47,610 bases of DNA. It comes from Alphaproteobacteria bacterium (GTDB lineage: Bacteria; Pseudomonadota; Alphaproteobacteria; Rs-D84; SZUA-605). Shown one piece after another: positions 9,644 through 17,759 of the stretch. The stretch is taken from the NCBI GenBank assembly GCA_003250835.1, contig QKJL01000031.1:1-47610 (forward strand), given 5' to 3'. A program made the translations under genes and the position numbers. A model generated the notes under the pieces. That model was not told the origin of the DNA. It searched no databases and saw nothing but the letters and a program-made list of their open reading frames with translations. Position 1 is the first letter of the stretch, and each line of letters opens with the position of its first letter.

Positions 9644-9672
9644 TTGTCGGATTCTTGTAAATTTGCTATACT
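9644..9672 (+). promoter_or_regulatory. Putative ccrM promoter containing a GANTC site
   Basis: TTGTCG (9644-9649), a 17-nt spacer, then TATACT (9667-9672). GATTC sits at 9650-9654, directly after the -35. The ATG at 9680 lies 7 nt after the -10. Confidence 0.4.
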
Positions 9673-9679
9673 ATTGGGT

Positions 9680-10762
9680 ATGAGTGAGAGAAAAGTTGAT
9701 ATTATTGTGCAAGGTGATTGCATTGCAAACATGAAAAAAATGGATGATCAATCTGTGGATTTAGTGTTTGCAGATCCCCCTTATGCTATGCAGTTAGGAG
9801 GGGAGTTGGTTCGTCCTGATAATTCTCGTGTTGATGCCGTTGATGATGAATGGGATCAATTTGATAGTGTGGAGGCGTATGATAATTTTACAGAAGCATG
9901 GTTGCGTGAAGCAAAGCGTGTAATGAAAGATAATGCTACACTTTGGGTGATGGGATCATATCATAATATTTTCCGTGTTGGAAAAATTTTACAAGATTTA
10001 GGTTTTTGGGTGTTGAACGATGTTCTTTGGATTAAGAATAATCCAATGCCAAACTTTAAAGGTACTCGTTTTACAAATGCTCATGAAACATTAATTTGGG
10101 CCGCAAAATCTTCAAAATCGAAATATACTTTTAATTATGAAGCAATGAAAACCATGAATGATGATACGCAAATGCGTTCAGATTGGTATTTGCCGATTTG
10201 TTCAGGTGGTGAACGTTTAAAAGATGAAAAAGGTGAAAAATTACATTCTACGCAAAAGCCAGAAGCTTTGTTGTATCGTGTATTATTGGCTTCATCTAAT
10301 AAGGGTGACCTTGTGTTAGATCCGTTTTCTGGATCTGGAACGACTGCGGCAGTAGCTAAAAAGTTGGGTCGTCATTACATTGGATTGGAACAAGATGCGA
10401 AATATGTGAAGTTTTCACGTGAACGTTTGGATGAAATTGATCCGGCGGCTGATGAATTATTGGAAGTATCTTCTAAGAAAAAAGAAGCGCGTATTCCGTT
10501 TGGTCAATTGTTAGCAAGTGGGCTTTTGCAACCTGGTACTAAATTGTTTGATGAAAAGCATAAATACGAAGCTGTTGTACGTGCCGATGGTTCGCTTAAA
10601 ACAAAAGATGGTAAGGCTGGGTCTATTCATAAGCTTGGTGCTGAATTGCAAAATGCGCCATCATGTAATGGATGGAAATATTGGATGGTTGAACAAGATG
10701 GTGAGAAAAAATCTATTGATGACCTCAGATCTAAGGTTCGAGATTCCATTAAAGTTGCGTAA
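9680..10762 (+). CDS. ccrM: CcrM-type N6-adenine DNA methyltransferase (GANTC-specific family)
   Basis: Colinear with Caulobacter CcrM as I recall it: [74 protein letters not shown], and the C-terminal [16 protein letters not shown] prefer the ATG at 9680 (MSERKVD) over the TTG at 9644 used in the ORF track. Confidence 0.93.
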   Translation: MSERKVDIIVQGDCIANMKKMDDQSVDLVFADPPYAMQLGGELVRPDNSRVDAVDDEWDQFDSVEAYDNFTEAWLREAKRVMKDNATLWVMGSYHNIFRVGKILQDLGFWVLNDVLWIKNNPMPNFKGTRFTNAHETLIWAAKSSKSKYTFNYEAMKTMNDDTQMRSDWYLPICSGGERLKDEKGEKLHSTQKPEALLYRVLLASSNKGDLVLDPFSGSGTTAAVAKKLGRHYIGLEQDAKYVKFSRERLDEIDPAADELLEVSSKKKEARIPFGQLLASGLLQPGTKLFDEKHKYEAVVRADGSLKTKDGKAGSIHKLGAELQNAPSCNGWKYWMVEQDGEKKSIDDLRSKVRDSIKVA

Positions 10763-10770
10763 CGTATTAA

Positions 10771-10795
10771 ACAGTCCTTCGGGGCTGTTTTTTTA
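10771..10795 (+). terminator. Terminator after ccrM
   Basis: Hairpin acagtcc-ttcg-gggctgt followed by a T-run. Confidence 0.8.
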
Positions 10796-10803
10796 TTTGT
10801 TAC

Positions 10804-10833
10804 TTGACGCTTCATAGGGGGGTCGGGTATACT
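10804..10833 (+). promoter_or_regulatory. Promoter of the ndk-xseB-orf-rsmA operon
   Basis: TTGACG (10804-10809), an 18-nt spacer, then TATACT (10828-10833). Confidence 0.5.
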
Positions 10834-10869
10834 TAAATTATCTTAAAATCATAATAGAAAGGGAAGAGT

Positions 10870-11412
10870 ATGATTGAAAAAACATTGGTTATTTTAAAAC
10901 CAGATGCTGTTGAACGTGGTTTAATGGGTGAGATTATTAAAACTTTTGAACAAGCAAATTTGAAAATTCGTGCAATGAAAATGATGACTGCGGAAGCAGA
11001 TTTAATTGATCAACATTATGCAGCGACAGATGCTTGGTTAACAGGTGTTGGTGAAAAAACAAAATCTTCTTACGCTGATAATGGTGGTGATGTATTGGCT
11101 GATATGGGAACGGAAGATCCTATGGAAATTGGAAAGATGGTTAAAGGTTGGTTGATTGAATATATGACATCAGGTCCAATTTTACCAATGATTATTGAAG
11201 GAAATGAAGCAATTGCTAACGTACGTCGTTTGGCTGGATTTACATTGCCATGTAAAGCTGAACCCGGTACAATTCGTGGTAAGTTTGAAATTGATTCATC
11301 TTATATGGCGAATAAAGAAAAACGTGTACTACGTAATTTGATGCATGCATCAGGTGAGCCAGATGAAGCTTCGTCTGAAATCAAATTATGGTTCCCAGAA
11401 TTTAAAGGATAA
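10870..11412 (+). CDS. ndk: Nucleoside-diphosphate kinase family protein, long form with ~40-aa insertion
   Basis: TLVILKPDAVERGLMGEII, MTSGPILPMIIEG, AEPGTIRGKF and the NLMHASG (active-site His) motifs are present. An SD (gggaag) precedes the ATG. The protein is 180 aa versus ~140 aa for canonical Ndk. Confidence 0.8.
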   Translation: MIEKTLVILKPDAVERGLMGEIIKTFEQANLKIRAMKMMTAEADLIDQHYAATDAWLTGVGEKTKSSYADNGGDVLADMGTEDPMEIGKMVKGWLIEYMTSGPILPMIIEGNEAIANVRRLAGFTLPCKAEPGTIRGKFEIDSSYMANKEKRVLRNLMHASGEPDEASSEIKLWFPEFKG

Positions 11413-11415
11413 GAT

Positions 11416-11655
11416 ATGACTAATACAGATATTTCAAAAATGTCGTTTGAAGAAGCGTTATCTCAATTGGAAGATATGATCCGTAAAATGGAAAGCGGTG
11501 AAGTTAAATTGGAAGATAGCGTTACTATGTACGAACGTGGCATGGCTTTGAAAAAGTTGTGTGAAACAAAGTTGAAAGAAGCACGTTTGCGTGTGGAAAA
11601 AATTACATTGTCACCTACTGGTGAAGCACAAACTTCTCCGTTGGATGCTGAATAG
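11416..11655 (+). CDS. xseB: Exodeoxyribonuclease VII small subunit
   Basis: MSFEEALSQLEDMIRKMESGEVKLEDSVTMYERGMALKKLCETKL is the typical XseB helical hairpin. The protein is 79 aa. Confidence 0.9.
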   Translation: MTNTDISKMSFEEALSQLEDMIRKMESGEVKLEDSVTMYERGMALKKLCETKLKEARLRVEKITLSPTGEAQTSPLDAE

Positions 11656-11664
11656 GATTTATCT

Positions 11665-12384
11665 ATGACAGATCCTGTTGTACTTGATATTCATCAAGTT
11701 GAATCAGACTTTTTAGATACAGAGCACGTTATTTCAGACTCTTATGTTTTTGTCATACGTGCTTCTTTTTCTGAAAAATTAGGGCATGATATTCCTCATA
11801 TTGAAAGTATTGAGGAGTTAAAGGCTTTGTTGGTTAATTCAACACATGATCTTATTCCATTTACTTTTTCATTGATTGGGTACAGTGTGGCAGGTCTTTT
11901 AAACCGTCATGATAAAAAAATGTTGTATCATGATGCGTATGGTTCAAATCTTTCATCCAGTTATAAACGTCTTATTAAAGATGCATTACCTGGGTATTAT
12001 ATTGAAACTCTTTTGAAGCGTAATCAAAAGGCAGGGGAAAATAGTTCGGCTGTTTTTGCTGTTTTGAATGCGTATAATCTTTATATGCGTGAAATGGGAC
12101 GGTCATTGTATGATTTTACTTCGGAGACTTTGCGTCAAGTTTTATGGGATGATTTAGTTGATCAGCTGTTTGAGCAAGCTGAAATTGATGCTTCCCAAAA
12201 ACAGGAAGCAGAGGCTCTGTCAGAAGAAGTTGCTGAGAATAGACCTGTTGAACCTGGGGTGCAGCATTCTCGTGTTGTTGATACATATGAGCGATTGCGT
12301 GAGATAAAAAAAAGATCTATTGAAAGAAAGCTTGAAAAACAGCGTCAAATGTTTCAAAATGCATCCAAACAAGATAAGGATTAA
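11665..12384 (+). CDS. Hypothetical protein (239 aa) with charged helical C-terminal tail
   Basis: An SD (agga) precedes the ATG. The gene is packed 9 nt after xseB and 2 nt before rsmA. It has protein-like composition but I recognise no family. Confidence 0.7.
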   Translation: MTDPVVLDIHQVESDFLDTEHVISDSYVFVIRASFSEKLGHDIPHIESIEELKALLVNSTHDLIPFTFSLIGYSVAGLLNRHDKKMLYHDAYGSNLSSSYKRLIKDALPGYYIETLLKRNQKAGENSSAVFAVLNAYNLYMREMGRSLYDFTSETLRQVLWDDLVDQLFEQAEIDASQKQEAEALSEEVAENRPVEPGVQHSRVVDTYERLREIKKRSIERKLEKQRQMFQNASKQDKD

Positions 12385-12386
12385 GT

Positions 12387-13199
12387 ATGTTTGATATTGA
12401 TCAATTTCGTCGTGAGACATCACGTGATGCTAAGAAAACGTTGGGACAAAATTTTATTTTAGACCCTCGTGTTTTGGAACGCATTGCGAGTGTTGTGAAA
12501 GATCCAGAAGATCAAGTCATTGTTGAAATTGGTCCAGGGTTGGGTACGTTAACCGAGGCTTTGTTGGCGCGACATCCTAAGAAATTGATTGCGATTGAAA
12601 TGGATGAACGCTTGGTGCCATTATTAGAGGCTTTGAAGAGTAAATATTCTAATTTTGATTATGTGTTACAGGATGCTTTGACAATTGATTGGGCGACCTT
12701 TTTAGATGGTCAACAGATTACTCTTGTTTCCAATTTACCCTATAATATTTCAACTGAATTGACAGTTCGTTTTGCGTATGCGCATGATCGTTTTAATCAA
12801 TTGGTTTTGATGTTTCAAAAAGAAGTGGGGGATCGTATTAAGTCATCAATTTCAACAAAGGATTATGGACGTTTATCTGTTTTGTCTCAGTTAATGTTTG
12901 ATGTGAAGTCACGTTTTCATTTACCGCCTTCTGTGTTTACGCCTCCGCCTAAGGTTATGAGTTCTGTTTTATCATTTATGCCACGTACAGTTGATGTTTC
13001 TTCTAAACATTTAGCTGCGTTGCAAGAATTGTTATTACATGCTTTTAATCATCGTCGTAAGCAAATTCAATCAAGCTGTAAGACTGTGATGCCTGATATT
13101 GCCGAACGTTTAAGCGAATTGGGCATTAAGCCGACCGCACGTCCGGAAGAATTAACAGTTGATCAATTTGTAAAACTCTCTTCATTTTTGATTCAATAA
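12387..13199 (+). CDS. rsmA: 16S rRNA (adenine1518/1519-N6)-dimethyltransferase
   Basis: LGQNFILDPRVLERI, VVEIGPGLGTLTEALL and NLPYNISTEL are KsgA/RsmA motifs. Confidence 0.93.
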   Translation: MFDIDQFRRETSRDAKKTLGQNFILDPRVLERIASVVKDPEDQVIVEIGPGLGTLTEALLARHPKKLIAIEMDERLVPLLEALKSKYSNFDYVLQDALTIDWATFLDGQQITLVSNLPYNISTELTVRFAYAHDRFNQLVLMFQKEVGDRIKSSISTKDYGRLSVLSQLMFDVKSRFHLPPSVFTPPPKVMSSVLSFMPRTVDVSSKHLAALQELLLHAFNHRRKQIQSSCKTVMPDIAERLSELGIKPTARPEELTVDQFVKLSSFLIQ

Positions 13200-13224
13200 A
13201 AAAACCGTCCCTTTTCAGAGACGG
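13198..13224 (-). terminator. Minus-oriented hairpin plus U-run with no annotated minus-strand gene upstream
   Basis: A ccgtc/gacgg stem (13205-13224) is preceded on the plus strand by 7 A (a T-run on the minus strand). No T-run follows on the plus strand. Confidence 0.45.
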
Positions 13225-13505
13225 ACCATATGGCTTCTTCACGTTGTTGCTTCTTCCTCTATGGATTTACAAGGATCCTTTTATTGGAAATCTGTTTCCA
13301 TACGCTGGACTTCTCCACCCAACTTATTCACCTTGTTATATTTTGTATTTGTAATATTTTACTTTTCTTCTTTGTTTATACGTTTGTTTTTTTATAAAAT
13401 CAAATTTTTATTTTTTTACGAGAAAACTGTAAAATATCCTTTTCTTTTGTAAAGCAAATCTATATAAATGAGGTTATAGGGAGAATTAAAACGGAGAGGT
13501 TTATC

Positions 13506-14915
13506 GTGCATCGCAATCGCGGAAGTATGTTACTTGAAATTTTGTTGGTAATGGGTGTGATGATTATGGTGATGCCTGTTATGATGCGTAAAGGTTTTTT
13601 AGCGCGTCAAGATCAACAAAATCAAGCTGTTGCGCATAAAATGAAAATGCTGGGTGCGATCGTTCTTAATTATATTCAAAGTTATCCTGATGATTTGGAA
13701 GAAGGTCTGAATGTTATTGCAGATGAACAGTTAACAGATTTGTTTACTGAATATGGTTTGTCATCTGAATTTAATACTACGGATTTTTTTGGTCACGTGT
13801 ATGAAGTGCATATTAATCGTAAAAATTCAGATGATGGGTCGTTTCAATTAGATGCCTTGGTGGTCGCTTATGCACCTATTGGTGATGGACTAAACTTTTT
13901 GCGTCGTAAAAAGATTGCAGAATATTTAGGATTATCTGGGGCTATTTTAGATGAAGATGGCACATTGATGAGCTTGGTTGGTATGTGGAATGATGAAGAA
14001 GGTGGTTGGGAACATCCTTTACCTCTATCATCTATTGTGATGCGTGTGCGTCCAGTCGATTTCTTTAATACTTATCTTAGTCGTACACAAATTGATAGTT
14101 TAGGGAATGCGAACACCATGACGACTGATTTATATATGAGTGGTCATTCAATTGAACGTGTGAAAACTTTTTATGCTGTGAATGCAAATTTTTCACATGC
14201 TCTTGGGGAAAAAATGACTGTGATGGAAGGTTTTGGTTCTGGTACGGATGAAGATGTTGAAAAACAAATTTTTTCAGGGGAATTTGAAACTCTTTATTCT
14301 TATTCTGATTCAGGATCTGAAAATGATGTTCTTTTAATTCAAACACCTTTGAAGGTTTCAGGAGGTGCTACAGATACCACTACACCTGTTATTTCTGGGT
14401 ATGATTTATATGAAGCAGATGATGCTGGTGTGACTGGTACTATTGGTTTGCTGGATTTAACATATATGAATCTTTCATCATTATTATTGCATCCTAAAAA
14501 TTGTGATGGACAATCAAATTGTTCAGAAACAGCTGCCGTTTTATCATATAAAATGACATTAGGATCAGCCCCTGGATCAGATGATGATGCGATTGTTTTG
14601 AGTTCATTTGATTTTACAGATGCTCGTGTAACGGTGGATAATGATTTTTATGATTCAAATAATCTTAGTTGTGGGAATGAATCTTGTGATACTGAATATT
14701 TTCATGTGAATAGTTTGAAAGCTAAAACTATTTTCTTTAATTATGATTCTGATCCAGATTCTGATACGTATCGTAAATATTTTTATAAATTAAATTTATC
14801 GGGTACGAATACAGTGATTTATGATATGGATGATTCCGATGATAATATTAATTTAACGACACGTGTTTTACAACTTTATAACCGATTTTTGATTAAGCGA
14901 ACAACAGGGAAATAA
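13506..14915 (+). CDS. Large prepilin-type protein, PilV-like (type IVb minor pilin/tip adhesin-like), paralog 1
   Basis: GTG start with an SD (ggagagg). The N-terminus VHRNRG/SMLLEILLVMGVMIMVMP has Glu at +5 and Pro at +18. It also carries YGLSSEF, LGLSGAILDEDG..GMW and NTMTTDLYM motifs. The C-terminal half is D/S-rich with C-x5-C and C-x4-C loops. Confidence 0.75.
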   Translation: MHRNRGSMLLEILLVMGVMIMVMPVMMRKGFLARQDQQNQAVAHKMKMLGAIVLNYIQSYPDDLEEGLNVIADEQLTDLFTEYGLSSEFNTTDFFGHVYEVHINRKNSDDGSFQLDALVVAYAPIGDGLNFLRRKKIAEYLGLSGAILDEDGTLMSLVGMWNDEEGGWEHPLPLSSIVMRVRPVDFFNTYLSRTQIDSLGNANTMTTDLYMSGHSIERVKTFYAVNANFSHALGEKMTVMEGFGSGTDEDVEKQIFSGEFETLYSYSDSGSENDVLLIQTPLKVSGGATDTTTPVISGYDLYEADDAGVTGTIGLLDLTYMNLSSLLLHPKNCDGQSNCSETAAVLSYKMTLGSAPGSDDDAIVLSSFDFTDARVTVDNDFYDSNNLSCGNESCDTEYFHVNSLKAKTIFFNYDSDPDSDTYRKYFYKLNLSGTNTVIYDMDDSDDNINLTTRVLQLYNRFLIKRTTGK

Positions 14916-14918
14916 TAT

Positions 14919-16286
14919 ATGGATCATCACGATATTCGTTCTTCTGGATTAAGTATGCTTGAAGTAATTTTTACTTTGGCTATTTTGATGATGATTACTC
15001 CGTTTATGTATCGTCAGATGATCCGTCATACTCATCAGCTTCAAGCTTTATCAATGGCTAAGAATTTTAAACAATTGGAAGAAGCTGCTACAAATTATGT
15101 ACGTATTAATGAAGTTTCTTGGGGTGATGGATATGAGGAAACTATTTCAGGGGTTGCATTGCTGGATCGTATGGAAAATTATGGCTTAAAACGTCCTTTT
15201 CAAACGTATCCTCAATTTTTTACACGTTTTTATTTTACAGTGATAAAAAAAATTGATTCTAGTGGTAATGAAGATACGAATGCTTATGTTATTATTTTAC
15301 ATCATCCATCTTTTTCTGCTTTGCGTGCATGGCAAATTATTAATTTTTTAGGTGCAACAGCTGGATATGCTGATGATGGTATTGTGGAAGGGTTCCAAAA
15401 TGCTTGGCGATTAACTAATTGGGATTATGAAGATAAGGCGATTGTTTTGCGTATTAATTGGGCTAATCCAAAAGAACAGCCTAAAAATTATTTACATACG
15501 ACGGATGTTGCGGGAGATCCCGTTTATAATACGATGGAAAAGAATTTGTATTTAGGGGCAGGGATTACGTTTTATGATGTGCGTAATGCTTATAATATTA
15601 ATCCATTAGAAGAAAATGAATTGCGATCAGGTAAGATTGAAGCAGATGAAGATTTTAAGGTGAATTATTTACATATTGAACCTGTTGCTGATTCTGAAGT
15701 TGGAGATGATAAATCTTCTTCTGATTCAGATACACCTTTGCTCGTTGCGGAAGAAGGGTATTTTTATAATGCTTTGCGTGTTGGGCAGGCAGATAATGAT
15801 GATAGTTCTTTTACCGTTGCTGGGGATGTAACAGTTAACTATAAAATTTTTCTCCATTCTGATTATACTGTTGGTTCTTTATCGGCAGTTTCATCTGGAT
15901 CAGGACGTTTATCGGGAGATACTGTTCAATTAACTTTAACAAATGGTGTGGATGCTGGATATTGGATTTCTAATCTTAAGGTTTTAGATTCAGCTTCTGG
16001 ATTTGAACATTTAGATGAATTTTTAATTAAGGATAGTTTGAAGTTTAATAGTCAGCAAGTTCCTGTTTTTCAGAATATTGAAATTACAGGGGAAATATAT
16101 GTGGAACAAGGAATGGTGTTTAGTGATTTAGGGTTGGATACTGCTATTAAAACTGTATCTGGTTCTCCTTATCCTCCTAAAATACAAGCTAATAAAATTA
16201 TTTTGGAAAACGTTTCTGATACATCTGTGTTGGATTATATTTCAGGTTTATGTAACCAACTTGATGAAGAAAATGGGTGTAATTAA
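14919..16286 (+). CDS. Large prepilin-type protein, PilV-like, paralog 2
   Basis: The N-terminus MDHHDIRSSG/LSMLEVIFTLAILMMITP has Glu +5 and Pro +18. It also carries YGLKRPF, LGATAGYADDG..NAW and NTMEKNLYL. The C-terminal LCNQLDEENGCN Cys loop resembles a pilin D-region. Confidence 0.75.
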   Translation: MDHHDIRSSGLSMLEVIFTLAILMMITPFMYRQMIRHTHQLQALSMAKNFKQLEEAATNYVRINEVSWGDGYEETISGVALLDRMENYGLKRPFQTYPQFFTRFYFTVIKKIDSSGNEDTNAYVIILHHPSFSALRAWQIINFLGATAGYADDGIVEGFQNAWRLTNWDYEDKAIVLRINWANPKEQPKNYLHTTDVAGDPVYNTMEKNLYLGAGITFYDVRNAYNINPLEENELRSGKIEADEDFKVNYLHIEPVADSEVGDDKSSSDSDTPLLVAEEGYFYNALRVGQADNDDSSFTVAGDVTVNYKIFLHSDYTVGSLSAVSSGSGRLSGDTVQLTLTNGVDAGYWISNLKVLDSASGFEHLDEFLIKDSLKFNSQQVPVFQNIEITGEIYVEQGMVFSDLGLDTAIKTVSGSPYPPKIQANKIILENVSDTSVLDYISGLCNQLDEENGCN

Positions 16287-17756
16287 ATGCAGAAAAAGTT
16301 AATGCGTGAATTTGGTGGTATGTTGATGGAATTATTGCTGATGCTTGTAATTATTGGCAGTTTGCTTCCATTTATTTATCGTCAAAATACCCGTAAAAAA
16401 GAAGCGATGGAAAATGCTGCGGTTGCTGCTGAAATGACTGAAATTAAAACAGCGGTTGAACGTTATGTGGAAGAACAGGGGTCTGTTTTAAAAGGGTCGT
16501 TAGGTGGAAAGGTTTATAGTCTTTCTTTTAGTGATTTATATCAATATGGGTTGTCGTCTGCTATTCATCATATGAATAAATATGGTCAATTATATTCAGT
16601 TAAATTGCGTAAAATTACTGCAAATAATGGTGTATCCACCATTAAAGGATTGGTCTATGCGACTGGTGGTGAAATGGATTTTATGCAGCGTCGTCGTATT
16701 TCTAATTATACTGGACCTGGTGGTGGAATTATTGAGGATGGTTTAATTCTTGGTGGAAGTGGTTCTTGGGTTGAAACGTGTAATGAATGGAATTTGAAAG
16801 TGGCTACAGGAACAGTTGTTTTGCGTACAACATCTCAGCAGGAAAGTTATACATTTGTGCGTCGTGATTCTGATAGTGAAATTGATGCAACAATGGCGAC
16901 AGATCTTGTTATTTTGAATCGTGATATTCATGATGTTTCGTATGTGTCCGCAAAAGCTGTTGAAATTAATGGAACACTTTCATTAAATTCATTGCGTATT
17001 GATGATGAATTTGGGAATGATTATGAACCTGCTTTTAAGACTTTTGAAGTTCGTAATCAGGCGACTGAAAATTCGGATGATGTTCCTTTGTTTATTCGTT
17101 TAAATATCTTAAAAAATGTGAATGTTGCTGGGTCTATGCAGTTGTATAAGGGTATTAATTCTCCTTCTGCAGCTTTGAAAATCCAAAATGCTGTTTATTT
17201 GAATGGTTATTTAAATGTGGAGCATTTAAAGGCTTATGATTTTACTGTGGATTCATTGGAAATTTGTAAAAATGGATCATCTTGTGATGATGGTGATAAA
17301 ATTTATGATCTCACTGTCCGTTCGTTGATTTCCTATAAGCAATTGGCTTTTCAATATTTGAAAGCCCCTTATATGAAAGTAAAGGGTCCATCATTGAAGA
17401 TTAATTCAGGTGGTGGTGTGTATGATATTAATGATAAGTCTGAGCGTAAAATTACTCAGGCAGAAGTTCGTTTGTATGATACTGTTTTAATGCGTTTAAA
17501 TGAATGTGTTTTGTATAATCGTAATTGTCCTGATGAATCTAATTTTGTTTTACAAAAAGATACCACTGGTGATGGATATAATGATTTTCAAATTACTTTT
17601 GAAAATATGTTAAAAGAATTGAAAGCAGATTGTTCAACAGAATTTTATGCGGCGAATGATGAAGATAAAGAGAAAAAAATTCAAAGTATTAAAGTATCTG
17701 AAATTATTCGTTGTATTGAACAGTTAATGTTACAATTTGAAACGGATGGGGACTAA
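16287..17756 (+). CDS. Large prepilin-type protein, PilV-like, paralog 3
   Basis: The start abuts the previous stop (TAAATG). The N-terminus MQKKLMREFG/GMLMELLLMLVIIGSLLP has Glu +5 and Pro +18. It also carries YGLSSAI, YTGPGGGIIEDG..GSW and ATMATDLVI. The C-terminal half is divergent and contains Cys pairs. Confidence 0.75.
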   Translation: MQKKLMREFGGMLMELLLMLVIIGSLLPFIYRQNTRKKEAMENAAVAAEMTEIKTAVERYVEEQGSVLKGSLGGKVYSLSFSDLYQYGLSSAIHHMNKYGQLYSVKLRKITANNGVSTIKGLVYATGGEMDFMQRRRISNYTGPGGGIIEDGLILGGSGSWVETCNEWNLKVATGTVVLRTTSQQESYTFVRRDSDSEIDATMATDLVILNRDIHDVSYVSAKAVEINGTLSLNSLRIDDEFGNDYEPAFKTFEVRNQATENSDDVPLFIRLNILKNVNVAGSMQLYKGINSPSAALKIQNAVYLNGYLNVEHLKAYDFTVDSLEICKNGSSCDDGDKIYDLTVRSLISYKQLAFQYLKAPYMKVKGPSLKINSGGGVYDINDKSERKITQAEVRLYDTVLMRLNECVLYNRNCPDESNFVLQKDTTGDGYNDFQITFENMLKELKADCSTEFYAANDEDKEKKIQSIKVSEIIRCIEQLMLQFETDGD

Positions 17757-17759
17757 TTA

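Noticed and set aside
11665-12384. CE-clan (Ulp1/YopJ-like) cysteine peptidase fold in the 239-aa operon protein
   Set aside because: By eye, GYSVAGLLNRHDKKMLYHDAYGSN and QKAGENSSAVFAVLNAY resemble the His...Asp and Q...C(G)xF segments of Ulp1-type enzymes. However, the catalytic His position is Gly/Tyr, the nucleophile would be Ser, and the protein has no Cys at all. This is too weak to claim without a profile search.
13200-13340. Possible identity of the minus-strand structured region as SRP (4.5S) RNA, 6S RNA, tmRNA piece or RNase P RNA
   Set aside because: I could not find the SRP domain IV motif (GGAA tetraloop with AGCAGC-type loop), a tRNA-like T-arm/CCA, an alphaproteobacterial tag reading frame, or enough length for RNase P. 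Only superficial matches exist (GGAGAAGUCC, GGUCCG). It is left as an unassigned candidate.
13261-13452. 63-aa plus-strand ORF in the rsmA-pilV-like spacer
   Set aside because: It is extremely F/L/Y/K-rich low-complexity sequence, typical of AT-rich non-coding DNA, and it has no SD. It is spurious.
13506-17756. Active shufflon (Rci-mediated inversion) within the PilV-like cluster
   Set aside because: I found no recombinase gene in the window. By eye I saw no repeated 19-bp sfx-like sequences at the constant/variable junctions of the three genes. All three genes are complete and in the same orientation. A computational inverted-repeat scan is still needed to exclude it formally.
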